In this document: positions 49,630 through 52,624 of the stretch, piece after piece
Numbering within the stretch: position 1 is the first letter of the stretch
How the letters are laid out: every line of letters begins with the position of its first letter
IMG/VR virus record: IMGVR_UViG_3300045738_000739
Coordinates: 1-52,624 of that record
Direction: 5' to 3' (one strand)
Origin: a virus
Lineage: Duplodnaviria; Caudoviricetes
DNA: 52,624 nucleotides
The notes under the pieces: generated by a model
Seen by the model: the letters and a program-made list of their open reading frames with translations, nothing else
Database searches by the model: none
Told to the model about the DNA's origin: nothing
Made by a program: the position numbers and the translations under genes

Positions 49630-49970
49630 GCCACGCCTCCTCGCCCAGTTGGGCAAACGCGCGTCAACGGAAACTTGCGAATTGCAGCGCCGAAGTGCTT
49701 GGGGTCGTCAGCCGTCACCACACCAGACATCATCACGTCCATGTTTGGGTCGTCACTCTCCCCCGCCCACCGTGTCCACACCGGCTGATCCATGAAGGTC
49801 GCTAGCTCAGCCCAAAACGAACTGTCGGCTACTTTGGCATCGAACTCGACAACACGGAACCCATGGTCAGCGCTCTCGTCGCGCTCCAGCGAACATGCCC
49901 AGCGGAACTGCGGACGATGCGCGCGGTAGTACCTGTGTAGGTGATAAATGTCTTTCTCTGCATCAGCCAT
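49626..49970 (-). CDS. hypothetical protein
   Basis: AAGGAG RBS + ATG 49970; ATGA overlap with the giant gene. Confidence 0.65.
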   Translation of the reverse strand: MADAEKDIYHLHRYYRAHRPQFRWACSLERDESADHGFRVVEFDAKVADSSFWAELATFMDQPVWTRWAGESDDPNMDVMMSGVVTADDPKHFGAAIRKFPLTRVCPTGRGGVA

Positions 49971-52488
49971 TGTCATCTCCTTGTGACGCTGCTTCTTCTT
50001 TGGTGGGCACTCTGCGCGCCGCACCGGAAAGTTCTGCTCGATAGCGCTGCGCTGCTTTGCGGCCCGCCGCCGAAGCCGGATCAGGCATCGGAACCCGACC
50101 TGTAAATTGCTGGAACCGTGCCGGCGACATCACCTTCGACTCGCCGCCAAACGACGGACCTCTCCACGTCGTCGGATCCGATCCGCGTTTCAGCAGGGCT
50201 TGCATGTAGCCCCGCATCACCTCGTCCGCGTACAACCAGCTCGACTCTGGATCTGAGCCGGTCGGAATGGTCTCCACTTCGTCACTGCCAACGGACCTCG
50301 TTCTGCCGTATCGTAGAAATTCTGACAGCCGCTCTCGATCACGTTGCTCGTGATAAAGCTGACGAACCTCACGCTTCTCGGCAGCCGACGCTTTGCCTGA
50401 CTTTTCCCTCTTCAGAATCTTGCCAACGCGATCACCCCGCCCTGCTCTCACACCAGCCGCGTAAATCCTGACCCGCTCGTGTTCGAGCCCTTCAACATGT
50501 CCTGTCAGCACTGCAATCCTAGACGACAATTGATCCTGATTGTCGTCCTTCGCAGTATCACGCTTGGAACGCAATTGTTCAATCTGCTTTTTCGCGCTTG
50601 CAATAGCTTGTTTGTCAGCACCAAATCGAGCAAACAACTCGCGATAGCTGGGACCGGGCGACTCCTCGGTACCGAAGAACTGGCCCGGAGCACCAGCCTC
50701 GATCCACTTCTGCGCATGCAGTCGCGCCTCCGCACCCTTCTCGTGCGCAACACGCTGAAACATCTCGGTCGCCGCGCTGCGTGCCTGGGCTCCCAGACCC
50801 CTCTTGTGCCGCGCCGAATGCCCCTTTTTGGCGATGCCTAGCCGCTCAGCCAGCTCCTCGTTCGACATCACGACGTTGCCGCTCAATTGTCGCCTACCTT
50901 CGCCGGGTTCAGCGTCCGGTGTGAGGCCAAACAGCAACTCGATGGCTCGCGCATTCTGATGGCCGATCTTCCGCTCGTCGCTTCCCGGCTTCCCCACCTG
51001 TTCCATGTCGCTCAGAATGTCATCGATCTCACGACGCAGATGGAGCTGCGTCCCAACTGGAAAATCGGGATCAGTGTGCGGACCCGCCACCTCGTGCGGG
51101 TTTTGATTCATCCACTCAGAGTCGAGCACCCGGTGACCATCGAGCACCCGGTCGAGCGTGCTGATGAGTCGATCCTTGCCCGGCAGTTCCTTGCCCAGCT
51201 CCTTGCCGTCTGGAGCCCTAACCTGCCACCCGTCGAACGGAACTTCTTCAGTCGCCTGATCGACAACCTTGCCTACGTCGTTGTGGTAGACACCAAGTGT
51301 CGCCGCTCGTCCGGTGAAGGTGTCACGCTTCTGGAGTCTCCACGCTCTCGCGATTGCCTTCTTGGTGGGCTCCTCATCGGTCTTGCGACTGGCTCGGTGC
51401 TTGGCCGCGATGTAGCCGTGCATCAGGCGCATCGTCTGGTGCGGCACAGAGGGACCACCGCCGCCCAGCGCAGACCGTGCCGCATACGACGCATAGGTGT
51501 TGACGTAATCTTGGGCGATCATGGCAAACGGCTTGCCGCCTGAATAGCCACGCAAAGCCATCAAGAATCCAAGATTCGCACCGCTCTTGATCTCCTCGAA
51601 GTCGGGCGACTCGTTGCCATCGGAATCACGCATGTCGATTGCGTGGCTCGCGGCAACTTTACGCGATGCAGAGTGCAGCAGCCCTTTGAACTCCTGCAAC
51701 ATCCCGGCTTGGTCAGCCTTCGGAATGAAGATCCCTTGAGACTTCTTCGCGCGCAGCCCGCGCTCGCGATCCACGAAAGTCGCCAACGGATAATGACCGT
51801 TCTCGACCTTGTGCAAGAACGTACCAGCCTTGGCTCTCGAATCCGCGAACACCTTCGACCGCTCGGCTTCTTCGGAGACAGGATGATCTCCAGAACCCTG
51901 CTTTATGGGCTCTGTAATCGCCCTTCCTGGGGGTAGCTTTCCACCGGGTGTGCCGGCCCGTTTCTTCGGCGGTGGACGCCTGGGGGCTGTCCTACGGGGC
52001 TTCACGGGGGCTTTTGGCTTAGCCTTGCCCTTCATCGGCTGGAGTTTTGACGATCTGACCCGGATAGGCTCGCCAGCCGCCCGACCGTGCTCGGGATCGA
52101 ACGTGGTGACATGCGTGTACTTTCCGTCGTCGTCGGCTGCATCCGGTGTCCAAACGAACAGACCATGCCGACCTTGGATGCTGACGAACTGCCCCGCCTT
52201 GATGTCCGAGATCCCGGTCTTGCCGTAGTCGGCTTCCCAGTCGTGATGATCCCCGTGCTTGTGCTCTGTCGGGTACCAGTAGATCCAGCCTCGGCCCTTG
52301 CGCTTGCGGAACCCCCTATGCTTTGAGTTGGGGATCGAGCTGTAGCCGGCTGGTGGTTTGGTCACGCCGGCTTTGCTCAAGCTATTGTCGGCGACAATTG
52401 CTAGGGTCAGCTTCTTCGGTTTCGCCTTTCGAGCAGACAAGGGTGTTGCAAAAGCTGCCTGTATTTCTCGCACATGTGAAGGGTTCAT
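49963..52488 (-). CDS. sigma70-like protein with long N- and C-terminal extensions
   Basis: region 2-like GLLHSASRKV..DFEEIKSGANLGFLMALRGYSGGKPFA; region 3-like EEPTKKAIA; region 4-like RAIELLFGL..MSNEELAERLGI. Confidence 0.7.
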   Translation of the reverse strand: MNPSHVREIQAAFATPLSARKAKPKKLTLAIVADNSLSKAGVTKPPAGYSSIPNSKHRGFRKRKGRGWIYWYPTEHKHGDHHDWEADYGKTGISDIKAGQFVSIQGRHGLFVWTPDAADDDGKYTHVTTFDPEHGRAAGEPIRVRSSKLQPMKGKAKPKAPVKPRRTAPRRPPPKKRAGTPGGKLPPGRAITEPIKQGSGDHPVSEEAERSKVFADSRAKAGTFLHKVENGHYPLATFVDRERGLRAKKSQGIFIPKADQAGMLQEFKGLLHSASRKVAASHAIDMRDSDGNESPDFEEIKSGANLGFLMALRGYSGGKPFAMIAQDYVNTYASYAARSALGGGGPSVPHQTMRLMHGYIAAKHRASRKTDEEPTKKAIARAWRLQKRDTFTGRAATLGVYHNDVGKVVDQATEEVPFDGWQVRAPDGKELGKELPGKDRLISTLDRVLDGHRVLDSEWMNQNPHEVAGPHTDPDFPVGTQLHLRREIDDILSDMEQVGKPGSDERKIGHQNARAIELLFGLTPDAEPGEGRRQLSGNVVMSNEELAERLGIAKKGHSARHKRGLGAQARSAATEMFQRVAHEKGAEARLHAQKWIEAGAPGQFFGTEESPGPSYRELFARFGADKQAIASAKKQIEQLRSKRDTAKDDNQDQLSSRIAVLTGHVEGLEHERVRIYAAGVRAGRGDRVGKILKREKSGKASAAEKREVRQLYHEQRDRERLSEFLRYGRTRSVGSDEVETIPTGSDPESSWLYADEVMRGYMQALLKRGSDPTTWRGPSFGGESKVMSPARFQQFTGRVPMPDPASAAGRKAAQRYRAELSGAARRVPTKEEAASQGDDNG

Positions 52489-52624
52489 AAGTGTTCGACC
52501 TCCACATACCTGACGGTAAGCTCGTCATGGAGCTTTTCGTCACGAACGGACTTCACGCGCATGCTGCCTGAACTTATCACTTCGTCTTCACCCGAATAGG
52601 CAGACACCCCATCGACGTAGGTTC
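52485..52624 (-). CDS. C-terminus of a probable ADP-ribosyltransferase (partial)
   Basis: translated by hand: TYVDGVSAYSGEDEVISSGSMRVKSV..VRYVEVEHL*; S-x-Y-x-x-E-x-E motif; ATGA overlap with the next gene. Confidence 0.6.
   Translation of the reverse strand, partial: TYVDGVSAYSGEDEVISSGSMRVKSVRDEKLHDELTVRYVEVEHL

Overview
This 52.6 kb window (about 58-60% GC by eye) comes from a large contractile-tailed (myo-type) dsDNA phage, with essentially every real gene on the minus strand. Read from the right end, it carries: the C-terminus of a probable ADP-ribosyltransferase; an 841-aa sigma70-like protein; a ~2727-aa zincin + SNF2 'polyvalent' protein; prohead protease, scaffold-like protein and major capsid protein; neck genes; sheath, tube, chaperones and tape measure; baseplate and fibres; a holin-like gene; an HTH protein, SF2 helicase, DnaB-like helicase and primase; and small early-type genes. 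The capsid, protease and neck sequences and the gene order resemble SPO1/Twort-like (Herelleviridae) phages, but at high GC. The feature genes do not explain is a dispersed asymmetric motif, 5'-GVCGACAATT(S)-3'. I counted by hand at least 68 exact CGACAATT copies (33 on +, 35 on -), where about 1 is expected. They fall in all six reading frames, in 8 of about 10 longer intergenic spacers, and sometimes as paired palindromes. The second highlight is a probable capsid-packaged cargo cluster (ART / sigma / peptidase-SNF2); the two complete proteins share an N-terminal L-x-K-A maturation site followed by a W-x-Y-x-Y motif. All protein assignments come from motifs recognised by eye, not from database searches.
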